Source: Spirogloea muscicola
Lineage: Eukaryota
Assembly (NCBI GenBank): GCA_009602725.1
Contig: WELB01000009.1
Location: 464,466 to 512,775 of the forward strand
Length of the DNA: 48,310 nt
Reading direction: 5' to 3'
Shown here: piece after piece, positions 1-13,372 of the stretch
Numbering within the stretch: position 1 is the first letter of the stretch
How the letters are laid out: each line of letters starts with the position of its first letter
Position numbers and translations under genes: made by a program
The notes under the pieces: generated by a model
What the model was told of the DNA's origin: nothing
Databases searched by the model: none
Seen by the model: the letters and a program-made list of their open reading frames with translations, nothing else

Positions 1-392
1 TCCGGCGGATGGTCGGCGTACTTGATCTCTTTTGCCCGAGCGGCGCAGGCGACCGCATACCCAGCCTTGGTGGCAGACTGGGCTGGGTGGGAGCGGTCGA
101 ATGCGTCGGTAGTCACCACGTCCAGAAGCAGACGTGGCCCGCCGGCCTGTGGGGTGGCCACCAGGTCGACGCGACGAGCGTGGAGACCGTCGGCCCTTTC
201 CTGGAGCGGCATGACGCCGGAGTGCTCCGCTGCCACCGCGAAGCCAGCCTCCACCAGGATGCCGTGCATCGCGTCCCGGAGGCGGTCGTGGGCCGCCGTC
301 CTCTCGCCGCCGTGGGAACAGCGCAGGACGTGAGCAGCCAGCTCGCCAGGCTCGGCCCCTCGCTCGCCACACTGGCATTGACGCACGACGAA
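1..392 (-). mobile_element. Family A: CRE-like (RLE-type) non-LTR retrotransposon fragment with CCHC knuckle and restriction-like endonuclease; runs off the window start
   Basis: Stop-free minus frame, absent from the ORF track because it has no stop in the window, translated by hand: RQCQCGERGAEPGELAAHVLRCSHGGERTAAHDRLRDAMHGILVEAGFAVAAEH...RRVDLVA...LLLDVVTTD...AKEIKYADH. This shows CxC..H...C, an R..HD motif and the D..D..K pattern of RLE domains. Confidence 0.85.
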
Positions 393-394
393 CA

Positions 395-572
395 AAGACT
401 ACACTACCAAACGCGACATCGGACTAGGGAAGCTCAGTATCCGCGAGTGAGCAACATCAGGTCGGAGTAGCTCGTTTCTGTTTTTCGTTGCCGGGAAGGA
501 GGCACCCCGCCGAGACCCAGAGGCGGCGGCCAGAGCACGTCCTGCGCGCGTGTGGACTGCGTGTAGCAGCCT
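395..572 (-). mobile_element. Family A 5'-truncated 3' end
   Basis: Frameshifted AVHTRAGRALAAASG... followed by YSDLMLLTRGY* (stop 434-436), the same C-terminus as other copies. Confidence 0.75.
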
Positions 573-574
573 AC

Positions 575-1270
575 AAGAGAGAGAGAAGGCGCACGGGGCG
601 CATGAAATGAAAGGGAGGCCAATGCAAGCCAATACACAGTGCAAACTAAAGAAGGCTACATAATACGGAGACCTAAAGTAAGGTGACTAAGGTGACATTA
701 ATACCCACGGGTGAGCACAAACAAATCTGACACAAGCTGACTTGGGGAGCTGGAGCGCCGCCATGAAAGCCGGAGGCCTGACTTAGAGCGCGCCCTGCAT
801 GTTGATGAAGAGCCAATGCTTGCGAGCGCTGCAAACTAAGCGAGAGCCGCATTCTATAGTATGCAACTAAGGCCTGCGGAATGCTGGAGTGGCCCAAGCT
901 GCCCCCCCCGACTTCGACGACGCGCATCAACCAGACGCGCCAGATGCTGGATCAGGGAGGACCATTTTACGCCGTGGCCTCCGTAGATATCCATGGCACA
1001 CGGATAAAGGTGGTCCCCTTGGGGATGGTCCCGGTAGTGCCGCTCCTTCTTGCGCTCCGCGCTGGACGTGGCCCAGCCAGACACGGTTGACAGGGGTGCG
1101 CAAGCCTTGTAAGCGTTGATCAGTACCACGTCCAGGAGCAGACGAGGCCCACTGCCCTGGGGGGTGGCGACCACGTTCAGACGCCGCACGTATGGCTTGC
1201 GGCGCCTTGAGGAGATTGGCATGATGCCTGACACCTCCATCGCCGGATGATAGCCCGCCTCTTGCACAAT
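575..1270 (-). mobile_element. Family A 5'-truncated, frameshifted copy (RLE domain, C-terminus and 3' UTR)
   Basis: ORF 854-1267 (EAGYHPAME...RRLNVVATPQGSGPRLLLDVV...KERHYRDHPQGDHLYPCAMDIYG) aligns by eye with copy 1-392. It continues in other frames as YYRMRLSLSLQRSQALALHQHAGRAL and SDLFVLTRGY* (stop 698-700). Confidence 0.85.
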
Positions 1271-1299
1271 TTGGAACTTTGTATTCCTGAGTTAGTCGT

Positions 1300-2340
1300 G
1301 GGAGGCAGTGCGAAGCGTGTAGCAGCTACAAAGGGGCCTGAAGATGCTATGTCAAAGGAATGGACAAGGTCTGGAGGAGCCGGATGGTGCAGAAAGCAAG
1401 GTACTAGGTGCTGAGACGGCAGCAAGGGGACTCTCAGTAACCTCTAGCTCTAGAAAAGAATGAACAAAAGGACGAGAAGGGGCCAGGGGAAGCACTAAGG
1501 AAAACAAGCACAAAAAGAAACTAAGCAGCGACGAAGCACTCATCCGTTTCCAGCGCTCTCAAAGAGCTGGTCCCAAGGGGGCGGGGACTGTGCAAAGAGC
1601 AGCGCTTCCAAATCGACAGCGGGTGGCTGTGAGAGGCCAGCCCAAAGGGACTGGAACAAGGAATTGCTCCCCCACAGAGGGTAGGGGCTGGGAAAGGCCA
1701 GCCCAAAACGAATGGACAAGGTCCGAAGAGCCAGAAGGCGCCAGAACAAGAAACCACACAGCTAGACACGGGACGACCGCAGATGGAAGCTTGGTACCCA
1801 CGAGTGAGCAGCAGCAAGTCGGAGTAACCCGCAACTGGGAAAAAGGCACTCCGCCTAACTTTAGATGCAGCAGCCATAGCACGGATACAAAGGGGCGAGG
1901 GCTGCGAAAGAAGCTGCTCAGTAGCCCCCAGTCCACATCCGCCAATCGGGATGATCAGCAGATGACCAGCAGCAGCTCAGAGGAATGTCCTCCAAAGAGA
2001 GGCAGCGTCTGTGAAAGGCCAGCCCCAAAGATAGGGACAAGGTCAAGGGGGAAGGCCAAAGCCGAGAGCGCATACCACACCGCGAGACAAGCAGCTATCA
2101 TGGACAGCCAGCTAGATACTACCGATCGATTGCCGGCGCAAGTAGCAGAAGGCAATAGTCGCCCGCCGACATCTGGAGGCGGCAGCCTGAAGGCACGACC
2201 AGCATGCAGGCAATTGGGCGCTCTTTGCCCAAGCTGCTGGAGGGGGTCGAGCAACCGAGTCCCACATAACATCTGATGCCCATGGCTGGGCTAGACGATC
2301 CACTGGCCCCCGCAGCAGCTCGCAAATCCTGACACATGAA
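1300..2340 (-). repeat. Cluster of family B retroposon 3' ends with one embedded family A 3' end (about 1760-1880)
   Basis: Repeated core GACCTTGTCCATTC...TGGGCTGGCC(T/C)TCACAGCC on the minus strand at about 1355-1375, 1620-1650, 1685-1725 and 2005-2045. SDLLLLTRGY at 1794-1823. Outer boundary approximate. Confidence 0.65.
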
Positions 2341-2772
2341 CGCCCCTCACTCCTGAACCCCGACCCCTAAATTACCCCCCCTCAAACCACTCCCACACGT
2401 TGAAGACGAGCAGAGTCTCGCTCAGCTGGATTTCTTGATAAGCATGTCCCTCCAGCCTTAGAAGCCACTTGCATTGTGCCGTCACCTTCCACACTCGTGG
2501 TGGCAAGCCTCACCATCGAGATTTTTAGTGTTCCTCACAATGGTCCTTAATGAGGGGAGCTTGTCATCAGCTGCCGGTCAAGAAAGCGGTCATGGTCATA
2601 GCCCCAAGCCTTCCTCCAATTACCACCCTTGCATCACCAAATCTCAAGCCCTCCGTATCAAATCTATTCACTGAAAGCAATTTTGGCTCGTGGCAAAAGC
2701 ATTGCAGAATGTGCTGCACGGTGCACCCCCCACAGAATACGTAGTGAAGGTAAGCTGGTTAGATGCACGGCT

Positions 2773-5700
2773 TCAGCTTGACGCCGTCAGAGCTGTAGGA
2801 ACCTCCGCACCTGATGCCCTATGATCCAGAGGCATAGCGTCTCTTAAGTGCACAGGGACCACCATGTAGTCTCTCGCCGCAACCACCGCCTTGCTCTGGA
2901 ATGATGCCCTGGCTGCTTCCACCATGTCCTGAACTGTCTCCTCCGTCTGCTTCTGAGCGGCCGCAGCACACAATGCTTCGTAAGAACCCAAGAGTTGCAT
3001 CCCAAGCCACAAGTAAGAAATGTGAGCAACCTTGACTCTGTTGGCCCCAGCGGCCTGACAGCGGCATGTTGGCATAGATGTTGGCATAGGCACACAAGAG
3101 CTTGGCTAAAGGAAGGTGAGGCCTGGCACACGTGCTCACATTGGGGCTGTATAGAGCACCCTCCACTCTCGAGCTGAAGTGGGTGAGCACCAGCTGCTCG
3201 GCTTCCAGCAACCGAGCGAAGTGTCCAGCCATTGCTGCAAAGAAGGGGCCATGACTAGGATCTACTGAGTGACAGGCTGCAAGCTTGAACGAACTGGTGC
3301 AGTGCACCATGAGTGGCAGTATTGCAGTGACTTGTGCATACCAGTGCTTGTACACATGCTGCATAGCAAAGTTGCGTGGACAGGGAGAAGTACACTTACA
3401 AGCCGTGGAGTGCATGCGATGAGAAGCTTCAGAAGCCAAACTCTCGCCCAGTGTGGCCTCGTGGACTAGCACGTCTGCTCCCCGGCCTTCCGCAAACAAG
3501 CTGCTCGAGTCGCAAGTATCTCCTAGTATGACTGCACGGCAGAAGAGGTAATGATTTTCCAGCATTGCAGCACTAAATCACTGCTGACGTGGATATTCAG
3601 AACTGTATCCTGCTAACAGAGAATTGCCCCAAGTGGAGGCGAGCATGAGTTCTTGAATGCTGGAGCAGAAGCACAAACTGCTATCGCTGCAGCTAGTCAA
3701 TGAGTTGCTGCCTTTCACCTACTCGACGTCCTCTTCGAGGAGACCCCAGGACCTGAGCAGGGGTCACCTGCAAGTATAGTCTCATCGAGACATTACTGCC
3801 AGCTGTAAGAAATGATGTGATGCTGTGACAGTGTTGTTTTGTGACAAACAAGGTAATGTGTTATGCTGGGCAGATGGGCAGGCAATCGGATTCATACAAC
3901 TCTCCCATTGTGGAGCACGATGTTGTGACCCTTTTGGAGCTGCGCGTATGCTGGCCCAGGAGGTACCCGTAGCTCCTGAGCTTTCTCAATGGAGAATCTG
4001 ATAACCTCCAGCACGCGACAACCCTTCTCAGAGACATGATCTGCAAATGCCACTACAAGCCACTGCAGCACATACAGAGCAAGTGAGCTGGGGACAGGCA
4101 TTGCACGTAGGCTGCGGGGCAAGCATCGCAAGCGACTGAGCATGAGCTTGCTCTGAGCTTTTTGCTGGTCATCTGGGCGTAACACTGTAATCTGCTTGGC
4201 ACGCAGCGACTGGCTTAGAAGATAGTTGCGCAGTCATCGCCCCAGGGCAAGTACCTGCCAGGTCGTGTCTGCTCAGAGACGACGAATCCCCAACAGGGGA
4301 TGCTGTGCCGGAGGAAGCCTGCTCTCACAACATACTGCTCGTCCTCGTACCTGGCAAGCCGGCAGCAGATGCAATCCGTGGTTCAGAGGAATCTTCTGCT
4401 CCTTCGATCCTTGTTCAGTAGTGGCTGATAGAGCACATCCTGCTCTTTAGCTCTTCACATACTTCAATGAATACGGGGTTGCGCTTGAGCCACTTTTGCG
4501 GACTCACAGATCCCAGAGGCCATCACTGGAGCATGGAATGTCATCCCCTGGCAATTCATCCCTGTGCAGATTCACAGCCTCGTCACGTCCCGCGCGCCAG
4601 CTTCTGCGTCCGTGGTCCTGCTTGAGAAAGGCAGGCGAGAGCTCACAGATGAGCTTTCTACGAAAGTGGCCAGACCTGGCAACCGTCGAATCTCATCGAC
4701 AAGCAACGAGCTGCACGTGACAATAAGCACAGTGCAGACCTCTCGGAGGATGAGCTCGTGTACAGAGTACTTGGGCCGGATGCTGGCTTCTGCCACTTTC
4801 AGAGTTGTGCGTATCCAGTGCCTGAGGCCCTCGGGCCCATATATCTCCACAGGTGGCCTGTCGCTCGATGCAGTGTGGCTGATCATGCACAGCAATCCTG
4901 ACAAGAGCTGCAAGATCTCAGGACGATCTATCTGCACGGGCTTAGGATGAGCCAGCACCTAAAGGCTGCATGCAATGTTCTTACGTTGGAATTGGCAATT
5001 TGATATAAGAAAGAGGGAGAAGGGAAGAGCAGAGAGGCGAGCAGCGTGAGTCATGCTATGAGTTGCACCTGGTAGACCAAAGAGCTGGCGAGCCATCACC
5101 ATGGCAGAAACACATCAGGAGTGCATCAGCAGTCGTCCTTGAAGCGTGGACTCTCAATCCTATTGTCGGTCTTGAAACTGATTCCTGAATCTGTGAACTA
5201 GGATGCTCGATTAAGCATGCGATGCACACCACTCTACAAGGCTGCCGAAGGCATGCAAACGCCACAAGCGCTCGCAATGAGCTTGCCCCTCACATGGTCG
5301 CCATGCGTGTGGGAGATGAAGATGCGGTCGATACTGCGGGGCCGGAATGGCGCCTGAGCCATCTGACGTTGGACGCCTTCTCCACAGTCAAAGAGAAAGG
5401 TGGTGCCGGCTGGTGGCAAGACAAACATATATGTCATGCAGGACATCAAGAAGAGCCTGAAAGAGAACAATAAATCCTGGACCATAAACTCTGGCCTCCT
5501 GAACCCTAAGACTCCAGCATATTGCCGGCAGCTGACAGGAACGTCCAGTGGCCCAGCAACAGGGCCACTGGAAGGCAGCAGCTTGCAGGTCCTTCAAGCA
5601 GTGTAGGCTTGCCAACGATTGCTCGAAACTGGGGTGCTAAGTGGGGCAGCCTATGTGCTAATAAACGTCAAGGATCAATGATACTGGCATGACTTGCTGG

Positions 5701-6252
5701 ATAAATGCCTCAACTTCTGCATCTTGCAAGCACCCATACACAGTCCAAGGTGGCGGTTACCATGTCATATGGCTGCAGTGCTTTACCGAGGCACAGGGCC
5801 ACGCAGGACGAGTTGCGGGACCGCGTCGGGATGGACGCCGAGGTGCCGAGGAACACGAGCTCCATGCCCTGGAACTGCCGCGGCGTCGCCACCGGCTGCC
5901 TGCTGCGCGGCTGCTGGGCTGTCCACACCCCAACGCCGCCGCCACTGGAGTGTTCAGTATCATAGAAAACAATGTTCGACACGTGAACCCCTTAAGCATA
6001 GCCAGCCTCAGACTCTCACAACTCCAAATGACCATCTTAGCTGAAATGGTTTAGCATTTGGCCTTCACACGTCTCCATGATGCGGTGCTTCGGGTTCTAA
6101 CCATGTCCGTCGGGCATGGACGTCCTCGCCAGCAGGGGGCCGGCGGGAGCGCCGAAGGCGCGGGAGCGGCCGAGCGGCTCTCCCTGCAGCGGCTGCCGGC
6201 TCCGCGACAGCCGCCGCAGCAGCGCCGCGGCCAAGGGGCCGGCCCTCCTCAT
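2773..6252 (-). CDS. TRZ: tRNase Z short form (metallo-beta-lactamase, ELAC1/bacterial-type), multi-exon, probably organelle-targeted
   Basis: Exons encode MELVFLGTSASIPTRSRNSSCVAL, FLFDCGEG, IFISHTHGDH (HxHxDH; exon 5294-5409), VEIYGPEGL, RHSIPCWGF, the GP arm VPPGPAYAQLQKG, VILGDT, LVHEAT, HST, LTHFSSR and AARDYM; stop at 2773. The start at 6252 (MRRAGPLAAALLRRLSRSR, transit-peptide-like) is tentative. Confidence 0.9.
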
Positions 6253-7157
6253 GCCGCTCGCAGACGCCACGACGTTGCCACGACCTCCTCGAGGCCCATG
6301 CGGCAGCTCCAAAGCGCTGCCTTCTGCTGGCGTCCCGATCAGGACGCCGCTAGCTCGGCCTCGGGAGTCGCGAGATGAGGCGAAGCCAAGGCCTTGCCCA
6401 GGAACTGCGCGCGCTCCACTCCATGTCCAGAGCCGCTGGCCACGGCGCCTCCGCCGCGCCCGCAGCGCGCGCTCGCATGTCAGCGCTCTGCCGTGCCGGC
6501 GAGCATGGACGCCCGCTCGCCGGCGGCGGCGCACCTGGCGGCCTGCAGTCAGGCGCCCGCCATGGCGTCCCCGTCCTCGCTCGCACTCGCCAGTAAAGGA
6601 TTGGCGGTGCAGTGACTACTACTCAGTGGCAGTGTTACCAGTGTCATCTTCTACCAAGAGCCAAGTTCTAACGAACCATTGTGAAATGTAGATTAACTAG
6701 AGACTTCTACGGTACTTTGCTGCGTATAACTACGTTACATCTATTCTAGCTCGTGACTATCTTATGACATCTAAATACACTGATAAAACTCTTTGCAAAG
6801 TCACTACCTTGTGCCCAAGTACTCAGACAGCTACAATCAGGAACATGAGGTCGGCTCAAAGAATCGCTTCCTGCCAACTTTTTCACGTCTCAGAGAAACA
6901 TCCACTCCTGACACATCCACGCCCGTACATCTAAGTCCTACAATCACGCCCCTAACTTTGCCAAATTAGCAAATTACCTGGTGCAACTTGCATCATTCGT
7001 GACAATCACTCGGCGAGGGAGTGTGCCCTTCATGCTCATACCGAATGCTCTCATTGAGGAGGCACTGTGTGTATGATCTGCTAGGATGCTACTCAACTGC
7101 GCAACATCCTTGGAAGAGAACCGTGGCAAAAGGTCCGACGCTCTACTGGACATAATC

Positions 7158-10100
7158 TCACTTCGCCCATGCTACAGAGTCTATCTCATCACGTGCCGTT
7201 TTCAACAGATCAAGCCGCTTGAAAGCTGCTTCCCGTCGAGCCATCACTGACGGGTCCTCATCCAAAAGGGCAGCAAGATCCTTACCCTGCGTCCATGCGA
7301 CAGCCCAATGATTACCACATCCAAAGCAGAAAGCTAATCTCTTCCTTGAGCTATTCTCATTGACAAACCGCAGCATATCCCCACTGGGTACTATCTTATG
7401 ATCTGCTTGCTTCTGGACCATTCATGCAAGTGACATGTCCTGGCTCTAAGCTATGCAGGCTGTCATAATCAGTCAAGCAAAACACAACCTGTAGTTGTAT
7501 CTCTAGTGGATATACAGCCCAATGGGACCAGGTTGCCCGATGCTTTGCATAGCACACAAAGAAGCTCCAAGATTGGGCACAACACTTCAAGGCAAGAGAA
7601 AGGCATGACATGCTTCTTTACCTCAGCCCGCCCCACCGTGGCGTAGAAGTGGTCTAAAAGTGATCGCTTGGCTTCCCGCACCTGAACATCAGCTTCATAT
7701 GTTACTGAGGTTGCAAGAGGAGCATAGACACACAAAGTTAATACTCTGATGCTCCACTAACTGACACTTGGCAGCAACATCCGGGTAATAATGCTGTTGC
7801 TCTCACCCCTCAATCAGATCAACACCTTGCTAGAATTGCTGGTGCCAATCTACTCCACTTCAGTATCCTTGCGAAGTGTTGCAAGCCGATCAAGCCAGAT
7901 CGGATTCCAGCATACCTGACAATGCACTACAGACTTGGGGATGGAGTTCCTCAGCCCCTCCATAACCATGCCAACATAAGCAGCGACATTGGACCCTGCA
8001 CAACGGTGCCTCTCGAGCCTTTATTGAGAATCGATTATGTGACCTGGAATCTACTTGCACAGTGACCACTGACCATGAAATGATGACTTCAAATCCATGT
8101 AGCTAGATGCTTCATGAAAGTAATAAAAACTTCTGCATGAAGAAGCGGAGGTAGAATAATCACTAAGGTGCACCAAAGGATGGCACTCTCACCTATCCGC
8201 TTCAAATGCATGTCGCTATACCGATCAGCACCCATGAGGTTGCTCAGGAAATTTCCTTTCGGTTGCTGTTGCTCCTTCTCATCAACCATGGTGGGTAAGC
8301 GGCGAAAGAATTCCACAGTCAAATAACTCGTCTCCATCTCCACAAGGCGTATAGTATACTTCCTACTCTCCTCCCGGTATTTCTCAAGTGCCTGAGTTGC
8401 AGCTGACAAAAGCTCTGCCTGCAAAGTTGGAAACCTTTGTAGCTCCTGCAGAGATGCCAGCCAATATCTAGAATGTACATGGTGCCAGTTTGATCACAGA
8501 CAAAAGCAACAAATACGAAGCGCCTTCTTCAATCTACTTTCTGGGGAAAGATAACCTCACAAAGTTGGCAGCAAAACTCACAAGCTAACCTTATCAAGCT
8601 GCAAGCCTGCAGATTATATTAAACAGTCAAAGTCCTATCACACTGCGCGCTGCTTAAGCAGCAATATTCTCTCTTCTATGCTTCTTCTATAAGATAATGC
8701 CAGATAAGAAAGTGCGATGACTATAGCTGGCAAAAATGGAGCTAGTCTGTACTTACCTTGGTTTCTACCATGGATTGCCTAATAAGATCTCGAAGGATGA
8801 CATGGACCTGCAAAACGACACACACAGCTGGCAATTGGGAACAGGTATCTGCATCGTGAACACGTACTTAAGCCTGGGTCCACTAGGGCAGACCACTATC
8901 AAACGACAGTCACAACATGAGCTGCGCTTGCTGGCCAAGAGCCAGCTTCAAGACCAAGTCCAAGGGTGGTAAAAGTCAAGTACCTCGTCAACAACAGCTT
9001 CAGCTGGGCCCTTGAACATGAGCAGGGCCCCCTCAATCAGCCGACGATATCCACTCTCAGGAGCTATGAGATGGGGTTGGTACCCATCAGCTTCAGCTAC
9101 CACCCTTCGCACATCTGTCACCATTCCGATCCTTGTGAGAACCAAGGCAGTCAAGCAGATACAAGGTGTGAGCCACTCTTCCTCTTACGAAGCAGTATTT
9201 GTACGCAATGCAGGCCATGCCTGCAATTGGATAAACGATTGGGACAACAAAAATTTTGCAACCTAGTCATAGGCTCAGTAACGCACTCTGCATAGAGAGG
9301 TGTTTGTCGAAAGGGAGCTTCTTGAGGGCAGCCGGTAGCTTGTTGTCAAATACAGAGTAGACTTTCTCACCGCCTGGCCGCCTGCCCGATAGCAGTCCAC
9401 ATGCAATCCAGCAGCGACCAGATTAGATTGTATTTACAATGACAAGAGGGCAAGCCCCAACGGGTGCTTCAAGTCAATAGTTGCGGCAACTTGTCATGTA
9501 ACATCTTGCACTGCAGGGACATTGACGGACGAAGTTCTCACCCTCCATCAAGATGATCCTTGAAGATGTAATCAAAAGCCCTGCACATCTCCAAAACAGT
9601 ATACAATTGCGCCTGCAGACAACATGGCCCTGACTGTCAGCCAAAGATGAAGAGCAACTATTGCCACATATCAACTACAGGTACACGGTAGAAGCCACCT
9701 AGCAAGTAGGGCAGTACGTGCTTCTCACAGCATGCAGAATCTCAGAAGGCTAGCTAGTGGAGTCAATGCTGCTATATGAACTTACCCCTGCATCTACACC
9801 AATTGGCCTTCCCAACTGATTCATTTCAGTCTCAAGTTCCTCAATGTTGTTATTGATCAGGGCTTGTATACTGGGAATGCGAGCCTTGATGACAGCTTCC
9901 AAGTGCTGCCATATAATTTGCATTGTCCAAGTCAATAGCACCTCAGAGCCGAGCAGGTCAAGAAAGAGATGATCAATTTCAGCTGACTGTTGTGATAGAT
10001 TTGTCAACTTTCAAGCTCGCTTGATATGGGACCAGTGCTTACTTTGCTCAGCATCTTTGCCAGGTACTCAGTACCCATTCGTGAAGCAAGATGGGAATAG

Positions 10101-12637
10101 TCTGGGCTTGTTGCAAAGTACTCCCGCTCGCGACGGCGAGCAGCCATCATGTCCACATTGCGATTGATGTCAGCTTGAGACCTATTAACGACTCCAATCC
10201 ATTCATGCTGCAGCTTGTAGGAACGCCCTTCCAGAACCTGCAGACACCAATATGAAATACAATTTGCTACAAATACTTTCTCAAATTGTTCTCAGCCGCT
10301 GTTCTTGCCAGTATGTGGGCATCTCTACCAATACGCAGTGGCTAGTGGCGTGTTCTAGGGTGTAGGGGTGAACCTACATCCAGAGCATTGGTGCCTTTGT
10401 CCATCAAATCCAACTTTGTGAGAACTCCCCATGTCCGCTCTCCTGCACGTGTTGAACAGGGACAATGTCATGTCTGCAGGCTCTACAAGAAAAAAACTCG
10501 TTGCATCAATCACCTTTCTCTCAAAAAGTCCAGTGCCAATGCTGTCGGATTGCCTCCCACAGTCCTCCACTCTTCAAGTGTCAAGAATACAACTAACACT
10601 TTCAACACCACTGACATTGGTCACCTGTTGGATCCACCTCCCGTGATAGCTTCATGGCGTCTGATGTTGCAATGTCCTGATTAGCTGGTGATATGCCAAG
10701 AATGATTGTATTGGGCTGGCGGCACAAAGCACAAGATTTGAGCATGAAACTTCAGTGCCACCTATTATGCCCAGCCTGCCTGTTCCTGCAGGTTGCTGTC
10801 AGCTGCCCTCACACATAAGCACTTCATGCTTAGAGTCCTGAAGTAGACTAGCTCCTGACCTGACATCAGTAACCCTGACGCAACACTTGTCATTTGCTGC
10901 CAGCTGCCCCTTGCTGTCCAAGTTCCATATTCACGAATAGCTAATATACACCCTAATATGCCTCAATGAGTAGCTACTTCTCCTTCTCTTCCAGTTGTGC
11001 AAATGTCCTCCACCAGTTGTACACAGGACCCCTCAGCCTCGACAGCTAGGACTCACTCATGTAGGACCCGCAACAGACTCCTGCTTTTCTTCAAGTCGTG
11101 ATTTTGATGGGCTCTGTCTTACCTTCTGAACGTAGCTGTGCACCATGGTCTCAATGTCCCTCACAATACTGTCTGGCTGCCCATCTGCCAAACGAACAAG
11201 CTGAGTCAATGAAAACGTACCCTCCATCCCACTATGACAGTCAGTTGTTGGTGAAATGTGATGCTTTGTCAGCCGCTAGCATAAGCAAAGAGCAATGCAT
11301 GCTAAGGAAGTGGGTCGTACTGATTGATAACACCCTTGAAATCGGTCAATCGAACCCTAATGTCAATGCAGTACAATAGGAGGTAAAGAAGAAGTCGCTT
11401 GGCAGCCATCACATTACCTACGGCAATCTTGGTCAAGCCAGGAAGGTCGACCAATGTGAGATTTACCACTGCACATGCATGAAAAGTCAAATGTCAACCC
11501 CTCAGGCAAAAATAGGTCAAGTTCCCTGGCTGTGTTCCAGTATCACCCACTTCCACACTCACTGCCATATTTGCCAGGAATTGAGGCTATACATATCTTA
11601 CATCTGGTGTGAGACTGCAGAAATGTAGGGTTGCCCCAGAAAAAGGTTGGGTAAACAGAGACACATAAACAGACAGGTAGGAGTTTGGCACAATCACCAT
11701 TTGGGGAGTGGATGCTCAGGTGTATAGGAATGGGCGAAATCTGCTTGCTTTTTCCAGTTACTCTGTCAGTCTCATCCGCTATTTCCTTCCGAACAGCATC
11801 TGCAGCAAGCACGCGGGAAGGCATGAAACTCACGCTTCAGACAATTATCAGGACAGCCTCCACAAACGTGCATCAACCCCTGTCATTCTGCAGTGATTGT
11901 GGCACTGATTCAACACTATCTTCAACTTAGAGCCAGGTCAACCATAATTAAGGACTGTGCAAATAGGACTTACTGAAATCGGTGTAATTTTTGCCGGGCT
12001 GATGTAGGAACTCTGCATATTCCTGGGTGTTGGCTGCAGTCTTGTGCAACTGAAGGACCAGAGGCCTTCGCGTCACAATTCCTGAAGCAGACCACACAAG
12101 CGAGCTGGACGAAGTGAGGCGCATGTGATGCCGTAGTGCTGCGTGTTGCTAGCTTGAATTTGAGAGGCAGGCACTGGTAGCTTGTGTCAGCTGCTAAATC
12201 TCCTTCTCCATGGCCTGTGTCCAACCAGAAGGCTTCTGTGTACCTGATCCTCTTGGCAGGAAGTCCTTTCCAACTATGCTCTCAAGCACGGATGACTTGC
12301 CAGAGCTCTGTCATCGTGGAGCAACAGCGCGCGAGGGAAATCAGTCACAGTGCACGACCCCGGCTGCTAAGCCCAGCACCAGGGCAGAGCTCCTGTGCAG
12401 ATCTGCCGTCTAGGTCTGAGCCTCGCTTCTGAGGCGTAAGAGACAAGGCCAGAGAATCTGATCGCGGTTTCGAGCGAGGCCGCGTTGCCGCAGCCGCATC
12501 ACCTGGCCTCCCACAACGGCCACAGATGGCAGCTGCTCCCACAGCGTGGGGAGGGCGCCATTCTGGTCCCCGCCGTAGTCGCCCAGGACCGTGCAGGCCC
12601 GCTGCAGCCGGTTCACCAGTTGGATGAGGTTGTCCAT
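7158..12637 (-). CDS. DRP1: Dynamin-related protein 1 (phragmoplastin-type DRP1)
   Basis: [23 protein letters not shown]...[59 protein letters not shown], and a GED ending [10 protein letters not shown]. The exons I traced have GT-AG boundaries. Confidence 0.97.
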
Positions 12638-13249
12638 GGCGGCGGGCCGCGCGGATCCGCGGCCCCGGCCAGCGTCGGGCGGGTGCCAGCAACAGGCCGA
12701 TCACGCGGAGCCGNGGGGGGGGCGTGTTGAACGAATGAAGCCCCTGCGGGCGGGCCGCAGCTTCCGCCTCCGCCCGCCACCTTCCGTGCAGCACGTCAGC
12801 GGCGGGCCCCATCTAACGCTTTTGGCGCGCCCCCCCCGCCGCTGGCGAGGATGCCTCCCCTTTCGAGGGAGGGGTCTGGTAACGTCTTGATTGGCTTTGG
12901 GAGAGGGTATTGCGGCCCGGCGGGGAGTGAGGGCCCCCTTGCCCGTTGGGGGGGGGGCACTTTCACCACCCACCAAGCGCCGCCACCAACGAGGCGACGG
13001 CCAACGCTCCGACGGGAGCGGGGCCGCTTGAACGCCAGCCGGCAGCGCGCCGTTCGATACCGCCGCCCCTGCCGACGGGAGCAACGGTCGCCTCTCCTCG
13101 CTCCCCGCGTCCCATTGACACCTCCTCGTGCTCCGATGGACGCCGACAAGCCCGGTCTGCTGGTCCCGCTCACCCCCTTGCATCGGCACTTCCGGCCATC
13201 CTTCCCCAACCCCCCATCCCTCCTGCTGATCCATCCTCCCCCTGTTTTA

Positions 13250-13372
13250 CCATTGCATCCTCAGGCCCCTTTGTAGCTGCTCACCGCTCTTAGGCCCCTC
13301 TGAACCTTTGTGAATTCTTTTTGGGCTGGCTTTTCGCAGCCCTTGCCCCCATTGGGAGTGCCACTTCTTTCT
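13250..13372 (+). repeat. Family B retroposon 3' end
   Basis: TAGGCCCCTCTGAACCTTTGTGAATTCTTTTTGGGCTGGCTTTTCGCAGCCCTTGCCCCCATTGGGAGTGCCACTTCTT is near-identical to 17814-17892. Upstream CATCCTCAGGCCCCTTTGTAGCTGCT is shared with 1322-1347 (minus). Confidence 0.8.

Noticed and set aside
9..470. 153-aa plus-strand ORF at the window start
   Set aside because: It is the antisense shadow of the minus-strand RLE frame.
1300..2060. Repeated family B cores as a CRISPR-like array
   Set aside because: Repeats are degenerate, irregularly spaced, dispersed elsewhere with TSDs, and there are no cas genes; the context is eukaryotic.
1590..2276. 228-aa plus-strand ORF
   Set aside because: It runs antisense across several unrelated repeat fragments and shows no protein motif.
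6549..6563. Tiny uORF (MAGA*) upstream of tRNase Z on the minus strand
   Set aside because: The TSS and true start are unknown and GC-rich regions here are error-prone, so a uORF cannot be told from a frameshifted start.
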